Assembly: GCF_006345805.1 (NCBI RefSeq)
Contig: NC_043004.1
Span: 9,486,001-9,550,000, forward strand
Origin: Octopus sinensis
Lineage: Eukaryota
Direction: 5' to 3'
DNA: 64,000 bases
The notes beneath the pieces are model-generated. The model was given only the letters and a program-made list of their open reading frames with translations. It was not told the origin of the DNA and did not search any database. Below are positions 1-13,275 of the stretch, piece after piece (the first letter of the stretch is position 1; every line of letters starts with the position of its first letter). A program made the position numbers and the translations under genes.

Positions 1-154
1 TATATATATATATTTTATTTTATTTATCTAGTTTCAGCTCACAAGCTGTGGCCATGCTGGGGCACCACCATTTGGTGTTGCTACATGATTTTACTTCACG
101 AATGCTTTTTAGCAATTGCCATTTGGTGCATGCGAGAGTTCAATGCAGCTGCTC

Positions 155-1363
155 TCATCTGCACCTCCTGCCGAAGAAGAGATCCAGTTTCATTTTAAAG
201 ACATCTGCATCCACCCCATGCAGGTCTCTTAAGTTCTTCGGGATGATATTGAAGAGCTGTGGACCTCTGAAGCACAGACTATCACAGTATCTTGTCCTAC
301 ATCTTGATGGCAAATTTGGAGTCCTTGGCACCACGGAGTGGCGCCCAGTTCTGGCATTTGTGTAACTCTCGATGCCAAAGTTTGGGACAAGTCCTTCTAG
401 GATCTTCCAGATGTATATTATGGCATATCTTTCTCGCCTACGCTCTAAGGAATAGAGTCTCAATCTCTTGAGTCTTTCCCAATAGCTTATATGCTGCACA
501 GAGGCTATCTTCTTCGTGTAGTTTCGTTGGATCGCCTCAAGTTCTGTGATTAACTTGACACTGGATGGTGACCATAGCTGAGAGCAATAGTCAAAGTGGC
601 TTAGGATAAGTGTCCTCCAGAGGACCATCATGGTTTCTTGGTCTCTTGTTCTAAAGGTTCTAAGAATCCATCCGGTCAGCCGTCTACATTTCATTGCCAA
701 TTTAGCAACATGTACATGAAAGGTTGCGTCATCACTCATGTAAATACCCAGGTCTCGCACTGATTGTGCCTCTGGGATTGCAATCCCTCCGGGTCCAGTG
801 TATTCATTGGGTATTGCATTTAGTTTTGCATGCTGATAGCATAAAGCTTGAAACTTTTCAGCATTGAACTGCATGCTATTCTTTTCAGCCCACTTGTATA
901 TTTTGTCCAGCTCACATTGCAGGTGATTAGTGTCTTCAGGGTTCTGTATTGCCTGTGAAACTTTTGTATCATCTGCATAACTTGTGATCGTGGCTCTCTG
1001 CGTGGCTGAGGGCATGCCTGAGAGGGCCATTATGAACAGTAGTCGTCCCAAAACAGTGCCCTGCAGAACACCGCTCACTATTTGCGTGTTAATGGAAGTG
1101 GCCCCATTGGTTACTACCACCTGACTTCTATTCTTCAGAAAGTCATGATGCCACTCTCCCAATTTTCCAACTATGCCAAGATCACGCAGTTTGTGACATA
1201 GCATTCCATGATCGACTTTATCAAAGGCCTTTGCAAAGTCGAGATATATGACTTCCACATTTGAGTGGTTGAGCAGTCGTTTCAGCACCCAGTCATAGTG
1301 TTGTAGGAGCTGAGTTAAGCAGCTTCTTCGTGGTCGGAAACCATGTTGGGTGTCAGGCAGCAA
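155..1363 (-). pseudogene. LINE ORF2 reverse transcriptase domain and C-terminus (defective)
   Basis: Motifs QHGFR, YLDFAKAFDKVDH, SGVLQGTVLG (Q-G-S/T box), YADDTK and VRDLG. A ~27-bp deletion near the C-terminus relative to copy 2, with CTTC microhomology. Disconnected from upstream ORF2 by frameshifts. Confidence 0.92.
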
Positions 1364-1494
1364 GTCATTTTCTTCAAGGAAGGTGATTAGTTTCCTTCTG
1401 ACTATTCGTGTTCCATGACCTTGCTGATGTGTGAGGTCAGAGAGATAGGTCTGTAGTTCTTGGCCTCCGCTCTGCTACCTCCTTTATGAATAGG

Positions 1495-2928
1495 TCATAT
1501 TTTACCTTCCTTCAGTTTTCTTCGAAGTTTGCCAGTTGCAAGGAAGCTCTGAAAGAGGAACTGCAGTGGTCTTGCTAGGACTCTCTTACATACTTTTAGA
1601 AGGATTGCCGGGAATCCATCGGGGCCATTGGCTGAGTTTGTTTTCATTTCATCTATAGCCTTTATTACATCGTCTTCCTTTATATTGATGTAATCAATCA
1701 TCGCTGCCTCTGATTTTATATCTGCGGTGGTAAAGAAGTCAGTTGGATTGCTGATTTGGATATGCCCAAGGGGTGGAGTGAAAACACTCTTGAATTGCTC
1801 ATTTAGTATTTCACTTACCCTCATTGGATTTCCTGTGAGTGTGCCATCCTTTTCAAGGAGTGGCCCTATCCTACAGTGCACTGTAGCTGTTTCTTTGGCA
1901 TACCTGTAGAAAGCTCTGGGGTTAGATTTTATGTTGTCTATAGCCCAGGCTTCTTTGTCTGCTCTTTCCTTTTCATGGGAGAGTTGCAGACATTTTTCAA
2001 TTTCTAACAGTTATATTTTCAGGCGGGACTTTTCACTGCTTTCAATTTGTTTGTTTAGGCGATTTGAAACTTTTGTACGCCGTCTGATTAGAATTTTCCT
2101 CTCTCTGGGGATTTTGTTCTTGTGTACAGTGGCCTTTCTCTCTGGGACACATTTGTAGCATATGGCTTGCATTACAGACATGAATTGTTGAAGTTTCATG
2201 TCGATGTCTGGCGAGGAGAGACATTCAGGCCAGTTTTGTTTAAGGATTTCTTTCTCAATTTGCTTCCAGTTTGCCTTCTGGAAGTTCAAGCTGGAAAGTT
2301 TCTGAGAGTTTCTTGTAGGCTGCATGTCCATGCTTTCCTTTGGCCCGTACATGGTCAGCTCTACCATGTTGTGATCCGAGAGTAGTGTCGGTGTCACTTT
2401 CACATTATGGATGAGATCCATATTATTTGTGAAGCAGAGATCCAGTATGTTACCTGCCCTGGTTTGTTGGAGTATTACTTGCTCCATGTACAGGGTGTTG
2501 ATGAGGTTCAGGAGGGACTTCGCCTGTCCTCGTTCACATCGTGTCATTCCAGGGAGAGAAAGGCCCTCGGGCCATCTGACATTGGGTAGATTGAAGTCTC
2601 CCATAAGAAGTACACTTATGTGTTGTTCTAATGTGACTAGAACTTCTATTTTTATAAGGCAGTCTTCAAACTTGCCTACATGGCTTGGGGGCATCTGGAG
2701 GACTATATGTAGCACACACAACTACGCCCAGTTGCCTTATATGTACAATTAGTGTGTCACACACCGAGTTTGAGTATGACAAAAGGACCTGGGGTGTGAG
2801 GTCCTCACGGATGTACATAGCAACTCCTCCATGACCCCTTTCTTTTCTGTCGGTCCGTAGTACAACATACTGTGGTATGCGTAATTCCGCATCTGTTATG
2901 TCCGGTTTCAGGTGTGTTTCCGTAAGTG
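1495..2928 (-). pseudogene. LINE ORF2 APE endonuclease and linker (fragmented)
   Basis: ORFs 2011-2721 (LLMGDFNLP, NILDLCFTN, LLSDHNMV) and 1495-1881 (GPDGFPAILLK, LQFLFQSFLATG). Further upstream: ALTETHLKPD...GHGGVAMYIRE. Confidence 0.88.
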
Positions 2929-2929
2929 T

Positions 2930-2960
2930 CTATATATATGTCTATATATATATATATGTC

Positions 2961-2991
<31 letters not shown>

Positions 2992-3187
2992 AAATGGATA
3001 AATGAATTATCTTGTTAAGGATTATTCAAAATTTAACCGATCCCGGGTAGCAAAAATCACAACAGAAAAATCACGGTTGAAGTTACGAACTTGGGGTGTC
3101 TCAACCGTGCCTTAGCGCGGATAATTATATATATATTGTATGTATGTATATATATATATATATGTATATATGTATATATATAGTGTG

Positions 3188-3234
<47 letters not shown>

Positions 3235-3480
3235 GTGTGTATATATATATGTATATATATATATGTATATATATATATGTATATAATATATGTATGTATC
3301 TATATATGTGTATATATATGTATATATATATGTATATATGTATATATATATATGTGTATATACATGTATATATGTATATATATATATGTATATATGTATA
3401 TGCATATATATATGTATATATATACGTATATATATATGTATATATATATATGTATATATACATATATGTATATATATACG

Positions 3481-3518
<38 letters not shown>

Positions 3519-3783
3519 ATGTATATATATGTATTATATATATATATATATACGTATATATATATGTATATATATGTATATATATATATATGTATTATAT
3601 ATGTATATAATATATGTATATATATATATGTATATATATATGTATATATATATATGTATTATATATATATGTATATATAATATGTATATATATATATATG
3701 TATGTATATATATATATATAATATATATGTATATATGTATATATATACATATATACATATATATATATATGTATATATATATG

Positions 3784-3820
<37 letters not shown>

Positions 3821-3875
3821 AATATATGTATATATATAATGTATATATATATACATATGTATATATATATATATA

Positions 3876-3912
<37 letters not shown>

Positions 3913-3934
3913 TATATGTATATATATATATATA

Positions 3935-3985
<51 letters not shown>

Positions 3986-4030
3986 AGTATATGTATTTAT
4001 ATACGTGTGTATTCACATATATTTATATGT
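2930..4030. repeat. ~1.1 kb degenerate (TA)n/(TATG)n microsatellite
   Basis: Directly visible; source of the poly-YI ORFs. Confidence 0.98.
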
Positions 4031-4104
4031 AAGTAGATATTAGACAGACACACATAGTACATTCAAAGTGAGAGTGAGAAACACAGCGAGAGTTTAACAG
4101 AGGG

Positions 4105-4125
4105 ATTTAAATGTCAGTGTGTGTG

Positions 4126-4163
<38 letters not shown>

Positions 4164-4164
4164 A

Positions 4165-4195
<31 letters not shown>

Positions 4196-4235
4196 ACAGT
4201 GTGTGTGTGTGTGACAGTGTGTGTGTGTGTGTGTC
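4105..4235. repeat. (TG)n microsatellite with periodic GACAGT interruptions
   Basis: Directly visible. Confidence 0.95.
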
Positions 4236-4539
4236 TGTGTATTTGTCTTTTTGTGCTTAGTCGATTCAGATGCAAATAGGAGCAGCGAGGCATTGTGCCA
4301 TTGGTAAGCAGCACAATGGGACCGAGTTAAATTAACCGTTTCCATTGGCTACAGACCAGTCATTCTATTGTGTCTCAGCAGACCAAGGGGTTTTGATGTT
4401 CGTCTTTATTACTATTTCTTCGATTTACAGATAATTTGTTCAGGTCAGCTGAAACAGAATATGGACCGTTGTTATAAATCTCAATATTGGTCCTTCAAGG
4501 ATAACACACAACAAAAAATAAATGTTTATATATTGATAT

Positions 4540-4704
4540 TTATGAGTGTTTGTCTATGTGTGTATGCATGCATGTATGTATGTATATGTGCATATACGTA
4601 TGCATACATGTGTGATTTTATATATATGGTAGTTGTCTACTCATGTGTGGGTTTGTAGTTTGTAGAAGCACATGTATGTATATAAACATGAATATATACA
4701 TACA

Positions 4705-4738
<34 letters not shown>

Positions 4739-5134
4739 CATACATACACATATATATATAATTGAGGATATATATGCATGTATATATGTATATATATACA
4801 CACATGCATATCATATATATATATATATATATATACATACACCTCATATACATATATGTAAGTCTTTGTGTGTGTCTTTGTATGTGAGGTAATTTGCTAT
4901 TGTATGTATTTTGATATAAAAGGAATAGTGAACCAAAAAATAGTAATTCCTATTAAGGGAATTCTATTTATTTGTCTAAGAATTCATTACACGGATTAAA
5001 TCTTTCTTGACAAATTCTATTTCCCTGAATGCCTATTCATTCACACTTACACATAAACACAAACATATGCATTCAATCATACACAAACATATATACATTG
5101 ACACATACATCCATGCCTTTATACGTACATTTAT

Positions 5135-5211
<77 letters not shown>

Positions 5212-5425
5212 CGTTTTCATACACATAAACATATATACATCTATCCGTTTATACGTCCACGCACATACACTCACACACAGACATATATGCACATATACAT
5301 ACACATCTCTATCTAGAGACATATATATGTATGTATATATATGTGTGTATATATATTTATATATATATATATACACTCATATATATGTATATATATATAT
5401 ATGCGTCTGTGTGTGTGTGTGTGTT
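4540..5425. repeat. Mosaic (TA)n/(CATA)n/(CA)n low-complexity tract
   Basis: Directly visible. Confidence 0.9.
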
Positions 5426-5640
5426 TGTGTGTCATTATATCTGTTTATTTTCTTCGCTATTGAAAGAAAACTGGAGTTGATGGTTTATGTTCTTGTGACT
5501 TAACGGTTCCACAAAAGAGACCGACAGCATCAGTACTAAGCTTAACAAATATGTCCTGGTACCGATCTGATCAACTAAAACACTCCAAGGCGGTGCTCCA
5601 ACATGGCCGCAGTCAAATGACTGAAACAAGTGAAATATTA
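5410..5640 (+). mobile_element. SINE-B, 3' half
   Basis: Matches the 3' half of the full copy at 48333-48708 (CAAAAGAGACCGA...AAGGCGGTGCTCCAACATGGCCGCAGTCAAATGACTGAAACAAG). Confidence 0.85.
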
Positions 5641-5744
5641 AAAGGTAAATGTACAATGGTTGCTAAACCTTTGATATTTGGTAGTATATTATGGTTGCAA
5701 AATGAAATACTGTCTCTACCAGTGTAGATATATTATATTATATC

Positions 5745-5777
<33 letters not shown>

Positions 5778-6029
5778 AATGCTGACAGAGTTGGTTCTTA
5801 TTACACATGCGTGATAAGAAGATAATAGCTGTTCGCCAACTATTTATTTTGTTCGCCAAACCAATTTCTCAATTCTTTACGGTTGCTTCTTTGGCTCCAA
5901 CAGATGTATTCGAGACGACTTACCCTTTTGATCACACACATCAGATCAGCTATTTTATTCAAGTCCATGCGATTCTAGTTATATTGTTAAATGTATTCTA
6001 TCCATATTACTTAAGGAACTACGACAGGA

Positions 6030-6440
6030 GACTCTAAATTGCTGCTTGGCTAGCTATACACAACAGCCAAATGTCCCTCAGATATCATCATATTGTTGTA
6101 TGCATATAGAGTTCTCTGCATAAAGATGGGATGGTCACGGTGGGAGAATATCCTTTGACTATGGGTCTGCTAAATTAGAGCTGGTCTTGTTCTGAGCAAC
6201 AACAACAGCACCAACAATAAGAAGATCAGTAAGCCAACAATAAAGGCCTCTGCATGGTCATTCAACCAGCTAGAAAGAGCAACAATTACAGCCTCAATAA
6301 ACATCGTTCTGACTTAATAAGTGAGCAAGTATACATTAGATAACATAATCCTAAATGCTCTATACGCGAGAATAAAGATCGGCGGGTTGGTCTGACCTGG
6401 AATAGTTCTGATCAAATTCTAATCGATCATCGAAATTAAC
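6030..6440 (+). repeat. Two adjacent decayed copies of a (CAA)n-tailed dispersed repeat (SINE-C)
   Basis: The motif CAGCCAAAT..CCCTCA...AAAGATGGGATGGTCACGG...CCTTTGA.TATGGGTCTGCT...CAACAACAAC recurs in decayed form at ~34200-34470(-), 44810-44935, 46800-46930 and 57730-57910. Confidence 0.55.
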
Positions 6441-6629
6441 CAGATGAGAATTTATATATGAGGAAAGTGGAAGATGCGAGAGAAGATCAGTTTCACCGCG
6501 GATGTGACTCAGTATAGACGAATACAACGATTTCAAAAGAATTTCAATGAAATCAAGCAGCCAATAAGTAGGGTACGATGCACTAGGTATTATAGGAGTA
6601 GCTTTCAGATCGAAGGGTCATTCTGTTTT

Positions 6630-6810
6630 CATGTGGTGAACTGGCAGAAACGTTAGAGCGCCAGACACAGTGTTCAGCGCCATTCTTCCGGCTCTTTACG
6701 TTCTAAATTCAGATGACGTAGGCGTCAATTTTTCCTTCCATCCCTTCGGTAGGGTCGATGTAATCGACTTCCCCATCTCCTCAAAAATGCTGTCCTTGAA
6801 TCTGGCAATG
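6630..6810 (+). mobile_element. SINE-A (tail type 2), decayed
   Basis: GGTGAACTGGCAGAAACGTTAG head, TTCCATCCCTTCGG, GGGTCGATGTAATCGACTTCCCC. Confidence 0.75.
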
Positions 6811-7989
6811 GACCGGCGGCACGTTCTGGGGAGCTGCTTTGATCTCGATCCCTTGCACGGCATGGAAACTGGGAAACAGGCCTTTTGAGTCCTTAGGGTT
6901 CGAAAAACATGCACAAAGTTGCTGGTTTTTCTTTCAAATTCATTAGATAGGAGCATTCATTATGTATTGTTGCTGGTGGATCTGTCAGTAATAGATTGGA
7001 AGATTATCAATATTGGACGGGATTTCTACATGAAACCTATGATGAGATCACTGTTTCTCTAAGCTGACAGAATCGTTAGAGCGTCGAACAAAACTCTTTG
7101 CAATATTTGTTCCGGATTTTTGCATCCTTGTTAAGCGTGGGTCGCAACTGCTGCGTGATCGGTAAACAGTATTTAGGGAGGATTTTACAGACTAAGATTT
7201 GTATTTTGAGAGAAGAAAAGATTGAGGAAAAAAACTGCCGTCTGATGAAATGTCTCCTCAGAGAAAATCTCTTTTGATGACCGCACTGCTCACATTTTAT
7301 TGAAGCAAAATGAAGATCCCAAAGACTGGAATAGCTTTATTTATAGTTCTGGCTGTTTAGAGCTGGCTTGAGCTTACGCACCATCATTACTGATGTTGCC
7401 AGTATACCCCAACTCCCTTGCCGCCGCCAGCTCCACCCCTGCCGTCAGTGCCGTCACATCCACCATCACGGTCACTATCACCTGATCATTTAGTTTTAGC
7501 ATTGGCACGTGACCACATGTTTGGTAGAAAGTACAGTCGATTAAATTGCTCTTTTTCTTGTCTCGTACTTTATTTTACCACTCCAGAATGATAGAAAGTC
7601 TTGTGGCCTTTTTATCACTTTGGGATTGTGAAATATAGTACTAAGCAAGTTACCTCCCAGCAGCATTTGAACTCCGAATGAAAGGCTGTTACTAAATGTA
7701 CGTAATAATAAAAAAGATATTAATCACAAACTGGAAACACTTTCAGCAACAGGATAAGACAACTCTCAACTGACTGTTCAATGTTCTTGCCTTTTTGAAA
7801 ACCGCTAAGAATTTGATATTTACCGACTTTGCCGGTGTATAAGACGAACATCAGCTTTACAAGTTCATTTTGGGGAAGAAACAAATTTAGTGTGTTTCAT
7901 CAGACATTGAAAAATATTTTAAAGTACTTTTGTATGATTCTGTGAAATCCATTGTTGTGACAACGGATTAAAATATGAAATTATAAATT

Positions 7990-8375
7990 TATCCTAGATT
8001 ATCATGGCCGTTTAACATGGACCCTTACCTCAAAATTGGAAAGACGATTGGATCGAGCCTACGCTCACATGCTAAAAGAATGGCTTCGAATCTCACCTGG
8101 AGAGACCGTCTAATCAATGAGCGATTGTATGTGAACCTTCGTCTCGTATCAGACATCATCCAAGAGCGTTGTGTTTTTGCAAGGCATTGCTGAGAGCTGA
8201 AGACGAAATTCTTATGGAAGTTCTTTTCAGATATCCTAGACAGGGAAGAACTAGCAGGAGACGACAGCCAAAACCTACATTAAGAAAATTTGTGACGATA
8301 TAAACTGCAATCCTTCTAACCTGCAGTCCATCGTGTCATGGGAATCCATACAACTAATGCAACCGAGTCGTAAAT
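7990..8375 (+). mobile_element. RTE-clade LINE 3' end, heavily decayed
   Basis: Frameshift-tolerant translation gives LDRAYAHML(K)RMASNLTWRDRLINERLY...VSDIIQER...FARHC(W)RAEDEILMEVLF...GRTSRRRQPKTYIKKICDD, typical of the RTE ORF2 C-terminus. Confidence 0.7.
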
Positions 8376-9199
8376 AAACTACGTTAAATGAGTACAACTT
8401 CTCAACTTTAGTTTTCTTTTTCAGATCAATTGTATGATTGTATTTTGGTGAAGAGAATCACCATGTTTTATGTAAGCCCGGTCAGCCACTGAGGCGGTGC
8501 ACCACTGCTATGATTTTGTCGTCATCCATTCATTGCAAATAGCTGAGAAGCGGATGAAAGTTTAAAATCCCGTTCAAATTCCTAGGAATATTTTTCATTT
8601 AGATAATTAAAAAATACTTTTTTTTGTATGTAACACAGTCATTAAATAATGCGAGGTTTATATCAGATGTAGGTTAAGAAAGGAGGTATAATGAGATGGT
8701 GTGACCTCGCCACATCACTACCGATCTAACGCCAATGTTTTGTAAGTTTAAGCCAATAGATTGTGATATTTGTGGGGTTTTTTGTTTCAGTATTTATTGT
8801 TGGCAGCAATTATTGTATATAGCGGACTAATGTTCATTTGGCTTTCTAGTCTATGTCATTCTGTCTCCTATCCGTATTACAGCTCGCTTTAGAGACAGAG
8901 TAATTTTTGGATGAATTTGAAAATAAAGTGCGTCTTCTACGTCGGCAAATGCGGTAATTTATCTTTTTCGAACAAAAAAAGACAAAGCTTCACCTACGGA
9001 TGGATTTGAACTTGGCACATTTAGAAGAAGTATGAAATTGAAATATCTATAATGTATTTAGGTAAACGTTCCTCGATCTCCGTCTCGTCTTTCACAACAT
9101 ATTGCCCTGCCTTTACTGATTCTATTAATAAAAAGCTGAAATGTAATATAAAATATAAATAACTGAATAGTTTGTAAATGTTTGTGTTCGAGTCTGGAA

Positions 9200-9385
9200 C
9201 TTCCCAATATCCAAGGAAACAAGAAAGAATTGGAACGGACAAAAGAAAGAGAAAGAAAAAGTAAAAAAAAAAAAAAGAAGACAATGAACAGAAAGGTGAA
9301 TGAGAAGAATAAGAATAAGAAGAAGAAGAAGGAAAGTAAGAAGAATAAGAATAAGAAGGAGACGATTGGTGAAAAAGTAGAATAG
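9200..9385. repeat. Purine-rich (AAG/AAGAAT)n low-complexity tract
   Basis: Directly visible. Confidence 0.85.
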
Positions 9386-12300
9386 TGTTTAGAATAACTT
9401 TTTAAATAAGTTCAAAGCCGAACCGGAATTAAGTCTGATATTTTAACGAGATTTTACGGTTCCCTAACCAATGTTAATATTGGCCATAATCGCGGTTCAT
9501 TCGCTGATAAATTGGTTTCGAGAACATTCTTCTTCGAAATTATTGTCAATGATTGATGTTCCATTTTGCCAGTGGAGTTATTGTTATCTTAATTTACATT
9601 CTTTCTTTATTTCTGTTTTATTGGCTTCATTGTCATACATTTTTGTTTGCTTGTTTGTTTGTAGGAAATACTGTTATTTTTGTTGTTGTATTCTTCGTTT
9701 TGTTTTTGTCTTTCCCCTCCTCCTTCTCCCCCACCCCTCTTCTTGTTCTCGTCGTTATAATATTTGTAGAAGTAATATTAACAGTCGGAGCTATAAATGT
9801 TGTTGTTATTTTTTGTTGCCATCGTTATTGTTCATCTTGTTCTTGTTACTATCGTTGTTGTCGTTGTTGTTCTAGTTATACAGTAACAGTGAACTAAAGG
9901 AAATACACAAAAAACATTAATAATGCTGGAATGCACTCAATATTAAATTGAGAAGCTCGATCGCTTGGAGGCTACGCGAGGTGTACGCCAAATCTAGCTC
10001 TATGCCTCAGTCGATCAACCCAGCCGAACCAATCAGTCTTCCGACTAGATCTAAAGAACACGAATTATAGGGAATTAGGGGAAAAGTCAACAAATCCGGA
10101 GAGCAAGGAAAGAGAGTTCGATTCTTCACCATACTGAAGCTAAATATATTTTACGTTCTCCTGTCCTCTCAATAAGAATAACAAAAGGAAAACAATAACA
10201 ATAAAGTACGGAATTAAATCCTTTTACTAATCTTCTGGGAAGCGAATTAACAAAGAAGTTACTGTATTGGATTTACGAGGTTAAACACCTTGCTTTAAAA
10301 CGTTTCGTATGAGCTTCGTCTGATCTTGTTGTGCATACACATTCGTGCCGTATGGACATACAATTTTATGCTTAGCGATCCAGAACATGTACAACAAGCT
10401 GTTCCGAGAATGCTACTCAAAGTAAAAATAAAGAAAAATGGAAAAAGGCAGGCACCCTCTTCTCTGAAAGAAAAACAGATACATTCGTCTGTAATCCTCT
10501 TCTATAACAAGAGACGAAGCTAACTATTTGGCCAAGAAGAATCTTAGAAGATGCTTAGCGAAGATTTACGGTTAAGTTGATTAGACAGCAAGAACGTGTC
10601 ATTATAAGCATGGCTACAACGCAGTTGTTGACAAGATTAACCAACCCGGACTTCGCTGTCGGGTACTTTTATCGAATCGCCCACCCGAATGAATGATCAA
10701 AGATAATATTCTTTGCAATACTTGAAGCAATCTAATATTTAAATTGATAGAGGACGGCAGAAAGAATTCGTAGAACTAACTTTAGATTAAATTTCTTACA
10801 GTCTTTAATTGCGTAGCTTTACGTTCTCTCTCACAAATCTCGACAACGTTAAAACTCGCCATTTCATCCTCTGATGTTTCAAAATATATGCATCTGTAAT
10901 AAATGCATCAAGGTTGATTCAAGCGACTCTATTAACGCCAACACAGATCTATGTGGCCTAGCGCCACATTATCTGATTAATAAACGACGATAAAATGTTG
11001 GCATTTAATTGCTTCGTTTTCCGTTCCCAGTTATATAAACAACGATGAAAGTAAAATTTTGTCTTTCATTTCTCCGGGATATAAGAAATAAATAACAGTA
11101 ATATACGTGGGTAGGTGTAGATTTTGTCGGCTTTTCTTCCTCAATTTCATATTAAAGGTGTTGTGTTTATGCAAGAAATGTGTGTATGTATGAGTGTGAG
11201 TGTATGCGTGTGAGTGTGTGCATGTGTGTATGGGTGTGAGTGTTTAGAGGAAGGCTAAATGAAAACGTTAGATTTATTTGAGAGTACAATTTATCGTCTC
11301 TTAATTTAATATAAATTTATTATCTTCCTCCTTCTCCTCCACATCATCATCATCGTTTTACTATTAGGAAACTTTCGTAGTTATCTAATTTTGTGATATG
11401 TGACCTATAACCTCTGACACGGTTTGGATTTCTGGTTATAACCAGTTTAATCGGCTTTCACCACGTGACACATCACCCATCGTCATTATGTTTTTAAGTC
11501 TTTGTCAGATGAGTCTCTGTGACAGTTTCAGGGCCTCAAAACACCAGCAACAAGTAAAATATAACAACTTCAAACCAGAGGACCTGGTCCGCATATTTGT
11601 AAAAGACTGCTTCCTGTCTAAGGATCCCAAGGAACAAGGTAGGAGTGTAAAACCCGGCGATGAATTCGGTTCTCCAATTAAAAACAAGCAGTGTCCGACC
11701 GACTTCAGCACAGTTTCCATGTAGTCAATTTAATTCGTAAAACATGCGTTGACTCAAATTATTAGCGACAGAAGATACTTGCCCGACCTATTGCGCAGTG
11801 ATATTGAGCCTGCCATTACGTGATTGAAAAGCGAACCTCTTAAGCACGCAGCGGTGCCCTCGTCTTGAGATCTTATTTTGCGGGGTGGAGTGGGCGCTGT
11901 CGTTGTTGTCTAGGTTCAGATTTACCCATTTTGAACAGATCTACCGTCAAAAGCATTTCAACCATAATCATTCTCTCTGTTTCGCTAACTTTCAGTCACT
12001 GTCCATGTTTAAAGCTGCATTAAATAACGAAATCGTTGATAGTGAGGGTTTTTTTTTTCTTTGAAGATAGTTGGCTTGTGATCCAAAGAAAATTTAATCA
12101 ATTAGCAAGTCGAAAAATTATGTGGAAGCTCTTTTTGTTGATTCGTTCACACTGAAAAAATTAATTGATAGGTAGCTCGTTACTTAGCAGTTCCACGTTC
12201 AAGTCCGCGTTGCGTTTAGAACAATGGGCTAACAGAATTTGTGTAAAGAATAAATTAACATTTTCTTTGCAAAGAAAAGAAAAACAAATTCAATTCTTTC

Positions 12301-12399
12301 TTTCTTGTTGTGTCCAGGGAGTTTTGGTGAACATTTTATTAGTGAGGCTTAGAAATAGGAAGACTTCTTTCTTGGTCCCTCATTGTAGATTATCCAGAG

Positions 12400-12401
12400 A
12401 T

Positions 12402-12490
<89 letters not shown>

Positions 12491-12497
12491 TAGAGAG
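12400..12497. repeat. Compound (GACA)n(GATA)n(GA)n microsatellite
   Basis: Directly visible. Confidence 0.97.
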
Positions 12498-12996
12498 GGC
12501 AGAGTTATGGATTTACGCTCATGGATCTACGCAGGATTGCACCCAAGGACTAATGCTGTGGTTTCTATAAGTTCGGAAAGTTGAACTATGAACTTTTATG
12601 CTTCTTTTCCTTTTTTCCTTCCATCTTCTTATTCTTTTACTCCCTTCGTCTATGTTGTCATGTTATTAACATATGCCATTCTCATTTTCCCTATTTTTTT
12701 CCTATTTGTCTCTGATGACAGAATATCCCATTATCGTGGTTATCCGAGAAACAACAGTAAGATTTTGAATTTCTTCCTATAATATTGTAAACGACTTGAG
12801 ATGTTTGCCTTGCTTTAATGTTTGCTGTCCTTTTTAATAATGATATATCTGCTGCATCGGAAATCTGCAATAGCTCCATAATTACCTTATGGGCTATAAC
12901 TTGGAGCCCTAGTAATCCGTTACAGCATTTACCTAGCGTACCTAATCGTTTAGATTACCTGTGAACTAAATCCCCATATTGTGTATGTGTGTGTAT

Positions 12997-13237
12997 GGAG
13001 GCGCAATGGCCCAGTGGTTAGGACAGCGGACTCGCGGTCGTAGGATCGCGGTTTCGATTTCCAGACCGGGCGTTGTGTGTGTTTATTGAGCTAAAACACC
13101 TAAAAAGCTCCACGAGGCTCCGGCAGGGGGTGGTGATCCCTGCTGTACTCTTTCACCACTCCTTCTCTCACTATTTCTGCTGTTGGCCTGCTCGCTTAGC
13201 CAGCGGGGTGGCGTCATTCGAAGGCGATGTGTAGCAA

Positions 13238-13242
<5 letters not shown>
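12997..13242 (+). mobile_element. tRNA-derived SINE-D inserted in (TG)n
   Basis: Pol III A box TGGCCCAGTGG (13007) and B box GGTTTCGATTTCC (~13051) in a tRNA-like head, followed by a non-tRNA body. Confidence 0.85.

Positions 13243-13275
<33 letters not shown>

Larger units (their letters stand above)
13..2928 (-). mobile_element. CR1/L2-group non-LTR retrotransposon (LINE), 5'-truncated and frameshifted, copy 1
   Basis: The minus strand encodes APE endonuclease motifs (TETHL, GGVAMYIR, GDFN, LDL, SDH) followed by an RT domain. The 3' UTR ends ...CAGCTTGTGAGCTGAAACTAGATAAATAAAAT. (TA)n flanks both ends. It is highly similar to the copy at 22259-23730. Confidence 0.93.

Noticed and set aside
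3096-4016. Long ORFs of alternating Y/I/M/C (also 5007-5503, 27459-27813, 28876-29580, 58387-58780, 60207-61170 and others)
   Set aside because: They are translations of (TA)n/(TG)n microsatellites that lack stop codons by composition.
12997-13070. tRNA gene (also heads at 36182, 41334, 45410, 48660)
   Set aside because: A/B boxes are present, but there is no acceptor stem or complete cloverleaf, and they continue into SINE bodies.
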